DNA of 64,000 nucleotides from a virus. The DNA is taken from positions 32,001 through 96,000 of IMG/VR virus record IMGVR_UViG_3300027863_000020; one strand, given 5' to 3'. The position numbers and the translations under genes were made by a program. Below, piece after piece: positions 47,064-56,833 of this stretch (position 1 is its first letter; each line of letters opens with the position of its first letter). Under the pieces are notes generated by a model. That model did not search any database. It worked only from the letters and a program-made list of their open reading frames with translations, and was not told the origin of the DNA.

Positions 47064-47307
47064 ACCAAATTCGCACGAACAGACGATTAAGATGCAGAAG
47101 GAGTTGATCGACTCCCTCAATGGTCACTTAACGACCATTCGCAAAACCGCCAAGTCCATTCGGAAGATTGTAAACTGTATCGAAATTCTCGAACAGCATG
47201 GAGTATGTCCAGAGAACCTTCGTCCCATTCGGGAATACCAGTCCATGTTGGCACGGGAAGTAGAATGTATCGTCAATCGTGCGTTGGTAGAAGACGATGG
47301 TGAATGA
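47056..47307 (+). CDS. Hypothetical protein
   Basis: GGAGG RBS then ATG 47056. Confidence 0.6.
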   Translation: MAKPNSHEQTIKMQKELIDSLNGHLTTIRKTAKSIRKIVNCIEILEQHGVCPENLRPIREYQSMLAREVECIVNRALVEDDGE

Positions 47308-47512
47308 TGCCAATAAGAATCATCCAACGGGAGGCTCTATCGTCTTCCCACGGGGTCAATCGAAGTCGAAACTCCCCTTTGAAATCCCTTCATTGTCAGA
47401 TTGGGCAAAACGGTTCGTCCTTCGGGAAGAATACAATCGCATCCTGATTGAGAATGCGATGCTCAAGGCCAAGATAGCCCGTCTCGAACGGAACAACCCA
47501 TTTGGAGTATGA
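47297..47512 (+). CDS. Hypothetical protein
   Basis: Overlapping operon packing. Confidence 0.5.
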   Translation: MVNDANKNHPTGGSIVFPRGQSKSKLPFEIPSLSDWAKRFVLREEYNRILIENAMLKAKIARLERNNPFGV

Positions 47513-47513
47513 T

Positions 47514-47669
47514 ATGAGTTGCCCAAAATGCAATTCCCCCGAAGTGTCGTTCAATAGCCCGAAGACCAAGTATTCGTGTGGTTCGACCGACTACGATCAG
47601 CGACCAAACACCTTCAATCAGACCGAAGCGTGCAAGACTCTCGAAGCGAGGAAGAATGCAAGTACCTAA
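47514..47669 (+). CDS. Small Cys-rich (Zn-ribbon-like) protein (not in the ORF track)
   Basis: GGAG RBS; MSCPKCNS...YSCGS...EAC. Confidence 0.55.
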   Translation: MSCPKCNSPEVSFNSPKTKYSCGSTDYDQRPNTFNQTEACKTLEARKNAST

Positions 47670-48039
47670 TCGCCCAACCCATGCAGTCCACCGCATCAAC
47701 AATTGGGATGGACAAGAAGACGATGTGTGTTGTCTTGCCTATGTCGGTCACGATGGCGAACTATACGACTTTGATTCTGGTGCGAGACTTCTTGAGTATG
47801 AAGGCGACAGGATCATCAAAGCCATTCCACTGGTATGGAACTCGAACCGTTCTTTCCTTGTATCGTTCATGGATGAAGATGGGAGAGCATACAACAAAGC
47901 AATTGACACCGAAGGCGAACTTCCGTCAATCGAGACATTGACCAAGTTGGAAAAGGAAGTTGCTATCACCTACGATAGTGCGTGTATGCAGGTCATTTCT
48001 ATTTCCGAAATCGCTTACACTACGAAGGAACCAGAATGA
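47656..48039 (+). CDS. Hypothetical protein
   Basis: GAGG RBS then ATG 47656. Confidence 0.6.
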   Translation: MQVPNRPTHAVHRINNWDGQEDDVCCLAYVGHDGELYDFDSGARLLEYEGDRIIKAIPLVWNSNRSFLVSFMDEDGRAYNKAIDTEGELPSIETLTKLEKEVAITYDSACMQVISISEIAYTTKEPE

Positions 48040-48272
48040 TTCATATGCAGTTTGTTAGGATTCGGGACAATGCGTTGGTCATGGACGGATGTTGCCCATC
48101 GGAAGATCATATGAATGATTTTTTGTATGAGAAAGTATCCGAATTGGGGCTTGGTGATTGGTTGGTGAACCGACTGAAACAATGTCTTTGTTTTGAAAGC
48201 CGTGCGATGTTTCTCGAACGATGTGGATTAAAGGTTCTGTATGAAACGCTTGAACAGAAAGAAGATTCTTGA
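48036..48272 (+). CDS. Hypothetical protein
   Basis: ATGA overlap. Confidence 0.5.
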   Translation: MIHMQFVRIRDNALVMDGCCPSEDHMNDFLYEKVSELGLGDWLVNRLKQCLCFESRAMFLERCGLKVLYETLEQKEDS

Positions 48273-48603
48273 AGCATTGGAGACCGCACGGCAGGGGTTC
48301 AACTCAATCTGTCTTCGATTCATTGGAAGCGACCAACTCCAAGACAAGGTTGTCCTCATGTCAATGACGGCACACCATCACCAATTGAACTGTGTCATCG
48401 TGGAACTAGGCGGGGAATCGGTCGTTCTCAATGAGTCGATCATTCGCCCCAAACTGGACGGCAAGCCAATCGCCCAACAATTCCAAGATGACCTGAATTC
48501 ATTGATTGACAATTACAGGGATCAGGGAATCACCCTATCGGAAACGGTTGGAGCGATAGAATTGGTCAAATTAGACCTATGGAAAGAGTCTATCGAAGAA
48601 TAA
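48241..48603 (+). CDS. Hypothetical protein
   Basis: ORF ending just before the next promoter. Confidence 0.55.
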   Translation: MKRLNRKKILEALETARQGFNSICLRFIGSDQLQDKVVLMSMTAHHHQLNCVIVELGGESVVLNESIIRPKLDGKPIAQQFQDDLNSLIDNYRDQGITLSETVGAIELVKLDLWKESIEE

Positions 48604-48627
48604 CCCCAATTTATTTAAGAATACCCT

Positions 48628-48660
48628 CTTGACTATACAAGATACATAGTATATATTGAA
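48628..48660 (+). promoter_or_regulatory. Early promoter repeat copy 2
   Basis: CTTGACTATACAAGATACATAGTATATATTGAA. Confidence 0.8.
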
Positions 48661-48690
48661 AGTGTAAGGAAACGATAAATTGAGGTGAAT

Positions 48691-48981
48691 ATGAAATCCT
48701 ATTCCGAAACCACCGTCCAACGGGTTCTCAAGTCGGTATCCAAGACCTACAAGAAGCTCCCCAAGTTCTTTGTTCGTGTCCATATCAAAACCAAGTCACG
48801 CATTAAATATATCATCGGAGGTGCTACCCAGATTGACAACATCAATCGGGAAGTAGCCAAGTTAGTGGATGCGTTCGGAGGAAGCTATGCGGAACGCTTT
48901 GACAGAAGCTCAATCGTGGTATGTGTTTGTGAAGGTAAAAAAATTCTTGCCAAGGCTACCTTGGCGCAAATGATGGGTTAA
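48691..48981 (+). CDS. Hypothetical protein
   Basis: GAGGTG RBS. Confidence 0.6.
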   Translation: MKSYSETTVQRVLKSVSKTYKKLPKFFVRVHIKTKSRIKYIIGGATQIDNINREVAKLVDAFGGSYAERFDRSSIVVCVCEGKKILAKATLAQMMG

Positions 48982-48983
48982 TT

Positions 48984-49373
48984 ATGAGTGAAATTGACAT
49001 GACCGTTCCCGAAGACATCGACCTCAAGATTTGTGCAGAACTCTTCAATGAGTTCAGAGTAGCACGGGATCGCTATTCATCTTTCGCACAAAAGTTGGCG
49101 GTGCAACGGTGCGCCTATTTGGTTGGCGACATCGTAGTGGACAAAACCAACCATTGCTATTACCAGATCAAGGAAATCAAGGGCTATGCGGTTGCCAATG
49201 TGGGTGATATGAGCGACAATTTCTTTGGGGTGGAAATCCGTGGAGAACGAGTAAATAAGAAGACCCTCAAATTGACGGGTTCTACCTATGCGGGTAGGGT
49301 GAAACTGTACGAGCGTGATATTGTTCTGTACCACCGAAGCGGGTTCATTCATCATGGAGTGGAGGTGAAATAA
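48984..49373 (+). CDS. Hypothetical protein
   Basis: Operon packing. Confidence 0.6.
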   Translation: MSEIDMTVPEDIDLKICAELFNEFRVARDRYSSFAQKLAVQRCAYLVGDIVVDKTNHCYYQIKEIKGYAVANVGDMSDNFFGVEIRGERVNKKTLKLTGSTYAGRVKLYERDIVLYHRSGFIHHGVEVK

Positions 49374-49780
49374 TGGAAGTGTCCGAAAACCTGTTATCCA
49401 AGCCAGTACAGGCTTTCTACCATAAGGACTACACCAGTATCGTAGTCCTTCGAGCGGACAACACCAGAGAGTTCGTTCCCATCCGAACCCCTATCAAGAA
49501 CAATTGTGCGTCAATCACCATTCAGGAAATCACAATCACGAATGGCGAAGTCCACCACGAATATGGAGTATATCCCCATGATACGGGTGACTCCATCCTG
49601 AAGAATGGAACCACCGTCTATGTAGTGACCGATCCGTGTTCTGGATCAGCACGGGGAGAGCCGTGTCATTGCAAATTGACACCGACCGAAGAATTCGGAA
49701 TGAGTACCAATCTGGACAATGGTGAGTCCTGTGAATATGCACGGGTGAAAATTACCAGATTGCCAGTGGAATTCCTATAA
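49373..49780 (+). CDS. Hypothetical protein
   Basis: GGAGGTG RBS; TAATG coupling. Confidence 0.6.
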   Translation: MEVSENLLSKPVQAFYHKDYTSIVVLRADNTREFVPIRTPIKNNCASITIQEITITNGEVHHEYGVYPHDTGDSILKNGTTVYVVTDPCSGSARGEPCHCKLTPTEEFGMSTNLDNGESCEYARVKITRLPVEFL

Positions 49781-49822
49781 TGTATCTTTCCTAGTATCAC
49801 TTAACCTACAAGAGAAATTGAC

Positions 49823-50548
49823 ATGAATGACCCCAAGATTGATCCGAAAGACCTCAAGAATATCTTGAATTCGTTTGCCGAAATCAAGGAAACCAGTACC
49901 CCGTTGGCAGAGCGGAACCCCGTGGTTATCCAAGAGGGTCGCCCACCCTATGAAGTGTCCAAGCTACCAGAAGAAGCCCGTGGAACCCTCTTGGCCTACT
50001 TCGCAATTCGATTCAAGCCGTCTTTCATGGCATCCTATCCCCGGGACAACATTTCATACATCGCATACATCCAACCGCAAATATGGCACAACTTGACGCT
50101 TGCGTATTTCTCCGCTACGCAACCAATCGAGATTCCATGTGTTCTCGAAATGTTCGCAACCGACCGTCTCCCAGACAAGAATGTCCCCGACCATGATGAA
50201 GAGAATGCGTCAATCGTATTCTCTCCCGAACTCAATCCCGAAGACCAGAAGAAGACCCCTTGGTGCAAAGTCGAACTGAAGGGTATTGCCATCGTCAAGG
50301 AAGAGTATTGGTTCGTCCAAATGGAAGGAATATCCAGTACCCATCCCCATCCCCATGCCATCCGTATCCCTTGGAGGCGGGACAAGGGCAAGTTCTATGG
50401 ATTGACATTCAATATGGATTACAAGGTCAATGCAGTCCATAAGATTGACGAATCTATGTTGATTGACGAATCCGAAACGAAACAAATTGGCGTTTCTACC
50501 GAAGCGGTTGTGACCGACTGTGAAGTGGAAGGAACACAAGAAGCATAA
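49823..50548 (+). CDS. Hypothetical protein
   Basis: 241-aa ORF with phage-typical codon usage. Confidence 0.65.
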   Translation: MNDPKIDPKDLKNILNSFAEIKETSTPLAERNPVVIQEGRPPYEVSKLPEEARGTLLAYFAIRFKPSFMASYPRDNISYIAYIQPQIWHNLTLAYFSATQPIEIPCVLEMFATDRLPDKNVPDHDEENASIVFSPELNPEDQKKTPWCKVELKGIAIVKEEYWFVQMEGISSTHPHPHAIRIPWRRDKGKFYGLTFNMDYKVNAVHKIDESMLIDESETKQIGVSTEAVVTDCEVEGTQEA

Positions 50549-50565
50549 AATAATGAATTGATCCA

Positions 50566-50598
50566 CTTGACTATACAAGATACTTGATGTATATTCAA
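50566..50598 (+). promoter_or_regulatory. Early promoter repeat copy 3
   Basis: CTTGACTATACAAGATACTTGATGTATATTCAA. Confidence 0.8.
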
Positions 50599-50623
50599 GA
50601 TATACGAACAATTGAGGTTGAAA

Positions 50624-51184
50624 ATGGGTACTGATACGAAAGGTTTTATCCCTCTTCCAAAGAGCAAGAAGGACGCATTCAAGATCGTCTATGCTATGGA
50701 AACCGCCATCCAGAATTTGATGAAGGCGCATCCCGAAGCTATTATCTTCGCAGAAGAAAAGAAGAAGCAAGGTCATCTTCGTCAATTACCGTGGAACATT
50801 CGTGTCAAGGATGGAAAGCGGTATGGGTTCGGTGATGTATCGAACTCCGATGAATACTATGCAATGGAGCAACTGTTCTCCTATCCAAGAACGGAATTCT
50901 GTCATATCGAATCCCGCATGGTATCGTGTCAGTTCATCTACAACGGTGAGAAGCGTGATCTAAAGGTATTCTTCGACTGTGACCACGATTATTTCGATTC
51001 GACTGGTGTAGAATCCAAAGTGATTTTCGACCTGTCTTGTTGGGGATCATCGGTCGAAATCATCCATATGGTCACTCAAGCGGTTGCCGAAAAGATGGGT
51101 GCGAAGAACTATTACACCATCGACAACGATTGCTCCGATGAGTGGGTGAAGGATTCTACGATCATCAAGAAGGAATACCCATGA
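50624..51184 (+). CDS. Hypothetical protein
   Basis: GAGG RBS then ATG 50624. Confidence 0.65.
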   Translation: MGTDTKGFIPLPKSKKDAFKIVYAMETAIQNLMKAHPEAIIFAEEKKKQGHLRQLPWNIRVKDGKRYGFGDVSNSDEYYAMEQLFSYPRTEFCHIESRMVSCQFIYNGEKRDLKVFFDCDHDYFDSTGVESKVIFDLSCWGSSVEIIHMVTQAVAEKMGAKNYYTIDNDCSDEWVKDSTIIKKEYP

Positions 51185-51480
51185 ATATCTCAAACACTGT
51201 AAAGTATGCGTGTATGGGGTTTCTTGGGATTCTCATTAGCGGATACTGCGTATTTTGGGCGACCGAATTGTATATACGAATAACAGAAAAACCAGAACCG
51301 ATGATGGATAGGGAAATCCCTATCGGTGCGTCCTTGCTCAAGACATACGATACCTACGGATCGTACAAATTGAAACTGTGGAAGCTCGATGGAATGTGCT
51401 TCATATCGTACAACCTAGAAACGCCTAGTGCGTTATTGACCTATGTACCCTGTCCAACACAAGAAAAGGAAAAACCATGA
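51181..51480 (+). CDS. Small membrane-anchored protein
   Basis: N-terminal hydrophobic helix; ATGA overlap. Confidence 0.55.
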   Translation: MNISNTVKYACMGFLGILISGYCVFWATELYIRITEKPEPMMDREIPIGASLLKTYDTYGSYKLKLWKLDGMCFISYNLETPSALLTYVPCPTQEKEKP

Positions 51481-51734
51481 CCCGTCAATTTTCAAAGCAG
51501 AAGCAAGTTGTCGAAGAGCGCAAGCGCATCGTCAATGAGTTCATCATGCCCCTCAAGACTTGGCTAGAAACCAAGCCAGAAGGCCATACACGGTCTTCTG
51601 TGGCACTTTCCCTTGGTCTCCAACGGAATGCCCTATACAAGTTCATCAGTGGAACCCAGACCCCCACGATTGACACCATTGCCCGTATTTCGTTGTTCCT
51701 CAAGCAACACGGGATCGAACGGGGGTGCGTATGA
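51477..51734 (+). CDS. XRE/Cro-like helix-turn-helix protein
   Basis: 'TRSSVALSLGLQRNALYKFISGTQTPTIDTIARI'. Confidence 0.75.
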   Translation: MTRQFSKQKQVVEERKRIVNEFIMPLKTWLETKPEGHTRSSVALSLGLQRNALYKFISGTQTPTIDTIARISLFLKQHGIERGCV

Positions 51735-52501
51735 TTCTTCTTCGGTGTGATGTGTGCAAGAGAACCGTGGAGAATCCGAAATTGATGTTCGTTTCGTCTT
51801 CCCCCGTGGTTCTCGGAAACGGAACCCTTCTCAATCCAGAACTCCATGTGTGTGTCTTCTGTATGGTTTATCGCCTGAAAGCGGTTGCGTACAATCTCAA
51901 GAACCAATGTGGGGTGGATACCGAAAGCACCGCTGAATCGGTGCAGAAGGCAAAGATGTTCGTTGTTTCCGACATCATCATCAATCCAGAAGAGAAGAAT
52001 ATCGCAGAAGTCCAGACATCCGCAATGGTTCTTCCCAAGTTGGACAGACTGGACAATGGCTTGCGGAAATCCACTCTTCCAAAGCCCGTGTTTGAAGGAA
52101 GCACCGACATCGAAACGGTCTTCAAGGAAGCTCTGAAGGACATGAAGGCGAAGGGAGTCCGTCATCGGGTAGTTGCCGTGACCGATTCCTATGGGAAGTA
52201 CATCGGGGATGCGTCTCTCGATGGCAAGCTCAATCTATGGGAGAATTACAAATCCCTTGTTGGTCTCATTCCATCCTATTCTGGAAAGATTGACCTAGCC
52301 AAACATCCGAACTCCCGCCATTTCGACCTTGTGTGGAATGAACTCATCAATGGGAAGTTCGTTTATGTTCGGGTCTATATGGGCAAGGTCTCCGTGTACA
52401 CCTATTTCGGCTATTCCAAAGATCAAGTCAAGTTCGCACTGAAGGAACTCAATGCGAAGGTTCTGAAGATCGCCCGAAAGACACCAAAGGTAATCGAATG
52501 A
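51731..52501 (+). CDS. Hypothetical protein with N-terminal CxxC...CxxC
   Basis: 'RCDVC', 'VCVFC'. Confidence 0.6.
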   Translation: MILLRCDVCKRTVENPKLMFVSSSPVVLGNGTLLNPELHVCVFCMVYRLKAVAYNLKNQCGVDTESTAESVQKAKMFVVSDIIINPEEKNIAEVQTSAMVLPKLDRLDNGLRKSTLPKPVFEGSTDIETVFKEALKDMKAKGVRHRVVAVTDSYGKYIGDASLDGKLNLWENYKSLVGLIPSYSGKIDLAKHPNSRHFDLVWNELINGKFVYVRVYMGKVSVYTYFGYSKDQVKFALKELNAKVLKIARKTPKVIE

Positions 52502-52866
52502 ACAACCGCACTCCCGAACAACACAAAGCACGGGTATCTGCATTCCGTTGTCAATTATGCAGTAAGGTGTCCACCGATCCATCCGACTTCCGTGAAATCA
52601 TCGGAAATGTCCATATCCCCGACTGTGGTGGATTGATTGGAAACAACTTCCGTGACGAACGGGATATTGACCGCAACAAGGATTCGTTGGGTGAACCGAC
52701 ATTCGTGTTCTACGAACGCACTCCTTCCAGTGATTATCGTCAAATCAATGTGTATTCGACCATTGTGTGTATTCCGTGTTTCCTCAATATGGCGCATATT
52801 GACGGAAAGACCTGTTCCCATTCCGAAAACCGTCCATCCAACCACCCCCAACCAGAGGTCATTTAA
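52498..52866 (+). CDS. Zn-finger-like hypothetical protein
   Basis: 'CQLC', 'CIPC'. Confidence 0.55.
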   Translation: MNNRTPEQHKARVSAFRCQLCSKVSTDPSDFREIIGNVHIPDCGGLIGNNFRDERDIDRNKDSLGEPTFVFYERTPSSDYRQINVYSTIVCIPCFLNMAHIDGKTCSHSENRPSNHPQPEVI

Positions 52867-53456
52867 TGTCCAAGAAAAAGGATACGATTCAAACAGACTT
52901 GTTTCTGAATTCGATTGAGAAGCCCAAGAAGCCCCTCAATGAGTTCCAGACCCGCAACTTCCTGTACATGATTGATAGGATTCGCTCTTACCGTTTCGGA
53001 AAGCTGAATGAAGCCCGTAGGCTCGAAGAAAGGGAATTGGAGAAGTTGCCGAAGCCTACCATGAACGACATCATCCGTCTCATCAAGAACGGAAAACTGG
53101 TTCCCCACAAGCGGAACAACCGCAACAATCGGGACTATGATATTAGCTACTCTGGTTCCGCTCTGTACAACGAAGAAAAGAACCAGACCGAAGGTGGATA
53201 CAATATCACCTTCTCCGTCAAAACCATCCCGACCTTCAAATCCCCCGAAGTGGAATCGGAAAAGATTTCCCAGAAATGGAAGGAACAGGAACGGCTCGAC
53301 AATGAGCGCATTGCGGGTATCAAGATCAAGCTCCGTTTGGGTCACATTGACTCCGAAACCGCTGAAAACTTCGTCAATGAACTCATGGGCGAATGGAATG
53401 TACCCATTACCATCGTTGCCGAAGCCAACCACACCAATGCTTCTTGTGCGAGGTAG
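52866..53456 (+). CDS. Hypothetical protein
   Basis: TAATG coupling; GAGG RBS. Confidence 0.6.
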   Translation: MSKKKDTIQTDLFLNSIEKPKKPLNEFQTRNFLYMIDRIRSYRFGKLNEARRLEERELEKLPKPTMNDIIRLIKNGKLVPHKRNNRNNRDYDISYSGSALYNEEKNQTEGGYNITFSVKTIPTFKSPEVESEKISQKWKEQERLDNERIAGIKIKLRLGHIDSETAENFVNELMGEWNVPITIVAEANHTNASCAR

Positions 53457-53458
53457 CC

Positions 53459-53788
53459 ATGTACGGACTGGAAATCTCCAAAAACGAAAACATCGTTTCG
53501 ATCATCGCCTACAATGTCGGGAACCTTCCAGAGAAGAAGGCACGGAAAGTCTGCTCCGATCTGGAAAACACCTTGATTGACAAGGGATGCAAGGCCATTG
53601 TCATTCGTGAAACAACTTCGTTCACACACACAATCGAAATCAACAAGAACACCGAAGCGATACCCGTCATTTTTCTCTCCACTGGAAAGATGACTGCGAC
53701 CAAGAAAGAACAATTCTTCGAGACCGTGCAGACAAAGTTGAAGAAGTACGGAATCACGAATTTCATTCTTGCGGGGGGATTCGAGTGA
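53459..53788 (+). CDS. Hypothetical protein
   Basis: GAGG RBS then ATG 53459. Confidence 0.6.
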   Translation: MYGLEISKNENIVSIIAYNVGNLPEKKARKVCSDLENTLIDKGCKAIVIRETTSFTHTIEINKNTEAIPVIFLSTGKMTATKKEQFFETVQTKLKKYGITNFILAGGFE

Positions 53789-54273
53789 CCAAGGAACTTC
53801 CTACCGTACAAAACAACTTCTGCCCACGGTGCGGTGTGGCGAAGTTTTGTGTAATCAAGATGGAAGGAAGGATTCGGAATCAATCGTTTTCCGCTCAATA
53901 TGGGGCAAACGAATCATTCACCAATACGACATTTGATGGATGTCAATGTCTGGTATGTGGCGAAGAGTGGGCATTCCTCAATGGAAAGGTAAGTGTTGCG
54001 AATACGCCTATCGAACCAGACCATGATTGGATGTCCATTTTTGAAAACATCGTGAGCGGAATTCGTGGGAACATTGACAACAATGTGTCGAATCGGGTTA
54101 TAAACGAGACCGACCTACTGTGGACAAAGCTCCAAGTCCGAAAGCACAATGTACTGATCCATAAGGAACTCCTTATCAAGAGGAATTCCGTACCAAATCC
54201 ACCTAATCCACCACCACTGGAAACATGGGGAGGAAATGTTCCTTTCCACAATCCAATCAACCCAAAGGAATAA
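53785..54273 (+). CDS. Zn-ribbon-containing hypothetical protein
   Basis: 'CPRC', 'CLVC'; GTGA overlap. Confidence 0.55.
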   Translation: MTKELPTVQNNFCPRCGVAKFCVIKMEGRIRNQSFSAQYGANESFTNTTFDGCQCLVCGEEWAFLNGKVSVANTPIEPDHDWMSIFENIVSGIRGNIDNNVSNRVINETDLLWTKLQVRKHNVLIHKELLIKRNSVPNPPNPPPLETWGGNVPFHNPINPKE

Positions 54274-54275
54274 AC

Positions 54276-54875
54276 ATGGGAACCGCTGATTTTGCAAGAA
54301 AGGAATTCGCCTTTCGGGGATGGGACAAGCCAGAGACCGATGAAATGCAGAAAATGATCTGCGCCAACATCATCGAAATCTGTGAGAAGTTCGATGGTCA
54401 AGGACATTCGGGTAGTTCTGCGAACTATGTCATTGCCATGCTCAATCGTGTTCTTCGGTACAAGCCCATTTCCCCATTGACGGGCGAAGAGTCCGAATGG
54501 CACGAAGTTGGTTCTTCGTTTCGTGGGATCAATGTATTCCAGAATGTCCGTGACTCCGAAGTCTTCAAGGAAGGAAAGGATGGGAAGGCGTATTGGGCAT
54601 TCGGCAAGGTCTTCCGTGATCCGAAGGGCTTTACCTTCACCAATCGGGATTCCCGTGTTAATATCGAATTCCCTTGGGTTCATCCAGAGAAGCCAGAGAT
54701 TGTCGATGTGGTTCCCGCTGATCCCGAACCGATGGAAGAGCCTGTGATGGGTAAACCCGAAGTACAGGTTGCGCCCGTTGGTCAAGGAACTTCGGAATTG
54801 ACCGTTTCGGTAAATGACAATTGTGAAAGTGTCAATTGTTCGGAAGAACCACCGCAACCAGACAAGGTAGGGTAA
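54276..54875 (+). CDS. Conserved phage hypothetical protein
   Basis: 'FDGQGHSGSSA...KPISPLTGEESEW...QNVR' recurs in phage proteins. Confidence 0.7.
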   Translation: MGTADFARKEFAFRGWDKPETDEMQKMICANIIEICEKFDGQGHSGSSANYVIAMLNRVLRYKPISPLTGEESEWHEVGSSFRGINVFQNVRDSEVFKEGKDGKAYWAFGKVFRDPKGFTFTNRDSRVNIEFPWVHPEKPEIVDVVPADPEPMEEPVMGKPEVQVAPVGQGTSELTVSVNDNCESVNCSEEPPQPDKVG

Positions 54876-54880
54876 TAGCC

Positions 54881-55165
54881 ATGTCCACTCAATTTGTCGT
54901 AATCGACAAACTCGACCACCCGACCAATGCCTTATCAATCGAAATTGAAGAACGCTCTTGTCGGTTTGACTTGGATGTATGTGTGGTATCGCAAGATCGA
55001 ACTACATTCAACACCGTACCAATCACCAAGACAGAACTGCTCGAAATGGCGAAGTCAATCATTCGGGTATGTGTTATCCATGCCGATATGGAAACAGATC
55101 GACAAGTTGATGAGCTACATAGTCTTGTCGATGAAATGCGGTGCATACCACGATCAACGAAATAG
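54881..55165 (+). CDS. Hypothetical protein
   Basis: Last gene before the convergent terminator. Confidence 0.55.
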   Translation: MSTQFVVIDKLDHPTNALSIEIEERSCRFDLDVCVVSQDRTTFNTVPITKTELLEMAKSIIRVCVIHADMETDRQVDELHSLVDEMRCIPRSTK

Positions 55166-55186
55166 CACACATCCGCATAAAACTAC

Positions 55187-55213
55187 AAACGCACCCGTCT
55201 TGGGTGCGTTTTT
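55187..55213. terminator. Bidirectional terminator between convergent blocks
   Basis: AAACGCACCC-GTCTT-GGGTGCGTTT-TT. Confidence 0.8.
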
Positions 55214-55234
55214 CGTAGGATTCCTACAAATTGA

Positions 55235-55753
55235 CTATCGGTTCCTCAAGAATTCTGGTCTTGGTAGTTCACCAGTCGGTGCATGGACACCCCTAGAAGT
55301 CTGTGTGATCGCATTATTGTGACCATTGACTACGATGGGCTTGTCCGTCTTTCCGTTGTCCAGAATGAACAGTATGGGCAAATCCCTGAAGTCGGACTGC
55401 TTGATGTAGCACAACTTCCTGATTGACGGATTCGGATGCTCAAAATGCTTCATTGCGCCCGTATTGGACGAACAGATTTCATTGAACATCTTGAGGGCAT
55501 CCGCTGTCTTGTCCCTTTTCAGCAATAGAACGAATCGGTTGTATTCAAACTCATACCCAGAGGCACTAATCATCTTGATTGAGAAAGTGGCCTTGACCCA
55601 CTTGCTAGGTCTCATCCAGAACAACAATCTGGACGGTTTCCGCAATGTCGCAAATAGCGCACCGCTACGGATTCGCCACTCATATGTGGGGGATGTGTCG
55701 GATGCGACCAGTATTGATCGCAAATCAAGCGGATTTTCAGTTTTAGCCATCAA
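55235..55753 (-). CDS. Hypothetical protein
   Basis: 172-aa ORF at the end of the minus-strand operon. Confidence 0.55.
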   Translation of the reverse strand: MMAKTENPLDLRSILVASDTSPTYEWRIRSGALFATLRKPSRLLFWMRPSKWVKATFSIKMISASGYEFEYNRFVLLLKRDKTADALKMFNEICSSNTGAMKHFEHPNPSIRKLCYIKQSDFRDLPILFILDNGKTDKPIVVNGHNNAITQTSRGVHAPTGELPRPEFLRNR

Positions 55754-55787
55754 TTCAACCTATCAATCAAGGAAACACCATTCTATC

Positions 55788-56519
55788 TTATTTAGGGCTA
55801 CCAGAATCCTTCTTTTTGATTGGAAACGAGAACTTACCAGTTTTTGCCTTGATCTTGTTGTCGATAGCACCCGCCTTGGGAGTGGCGATAGGGGTCTCTT
55901 TTGGCGTTTCCTTGACCTCTACGGGCTTTGCCACCACGGGGGTAGGCTTTGCCAGTGCTCCGATCTCGATGGTCTTGGAGAGGACGCTAGGGGGGTTCTT
56001 TGGGTCGAACGGAATATAGGACTTTCCATTGTCCAAGGAATAGAGCAAAGGTCGGGCATGAAGGCGGGATTGAGCCACTTTCGGGGTGAAGATTCGGGAA
56101 GGAACATTGGCGATATGGAGCCAATCGTTGCCCTTGGCACTGGTCTCGAAGATCAATTGACGGGGGCGGTCAATCGGGTTCGGATACTTGGTCAAAAAGT
56201 AATTGACGATGTGGAGGAATATCGAACGGAGACCGGGGATATAAAGATCAACGGCTCCCACTGCACCAGTGTAGGTTTTTCCATTCACGGGTACAGGGAG
56301 GCCAAAGAAATGGTCGGATGTGACCGAAGGATTGTACCCGTTCCGCTTGAGCCTCAAGAAATCGTCAATGGTACGCAACCCAGAGGTAGGTACGCATTGG
56401 CGATTGACGAAATCCTGTACTTCGTTGCACAACTCCACGGCTTCATCAAGAAGTACGGTCGTTGCTTCATCGGGTACGAATCCCTTGGGGATCAATTGGG
56501 AACGGGTAATTGGGGTCAT
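55788..56519 (-). CDS. Hypothetical protein with a Pro/Lys-rich tail
   Basis: Operon packing. Confidence 0.65.
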   Translation of the reverse strand: MTPITRSQLIPKGFVPDEATTVLLDEAVELCNEVQDFVNRQCVPTSGLRTIDDFLRLKRNGYNPSVTSDHFFGLPVPVNGKTYTGAVGAVDLYIPGLRSIFLHIVNYFLTKYPNPIDRPRQLIFETSAKGNDWLHIANVPSRIFTPKVAQSRLHARPLLYSLDNGKSYIPFDPKNPPSVLSKTIEIGALAKPTPVVAKPVEVKETPKETPIATPKAGAIDNKIKAKTGKFSFPIKKKDSGSPK

Positions 56520-56520
56520 C

Positions 56521-56829
56521 TTACTGTCCTTCCATCAAATCACCACCAAGGAAGTGGTCGGTCTGTTCCATGAGAAGATTGCGGGGATTCTTCGATTCTT
56601 CGAGGTTCTTCTTTCCTTCGAGCACCTTCTTCTCATCACCTTCCTTCAAGAGACGGTTGGCAATGCCAGTCGATACCTTGGAAAGAGCTTGCATGAATTC
56701 GTTGGAAAGGGGATCATCGGAGAAGGCAAGACCCTTGAGCAACTGCACCGCTTTCGCCTGTGAGTCGTTGTCCTTGCCCCAATCGGTATCACCCAATTCC
56801 TTGATTACTTCTTTGACCTTGATAGCCAT
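56521..56829 (-). CDS. Putative head-internal protein
   Basis: C-terminal 'LLMEQTDHFLGG' motif; many LxE sites. Confidence 0.6.
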   Translation of the reverse strand: MAIKVKEVIKELGDTDWGKDNDSQAKAVQLLKGLAFSDDPLSNEFMQALSKVSTGIANRLLKEGDEKKVLEGKKNLEESKNPRNLLMEQTDHFLGGDLMEGQ

Positions 56830-56833
56830 TTGA

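Noticed and set aside
55464-56573. 369-aa plus-strand ORF
   Set aside because: Overlaps a well-packed minus-strand operon and lies past the convergent terminator.
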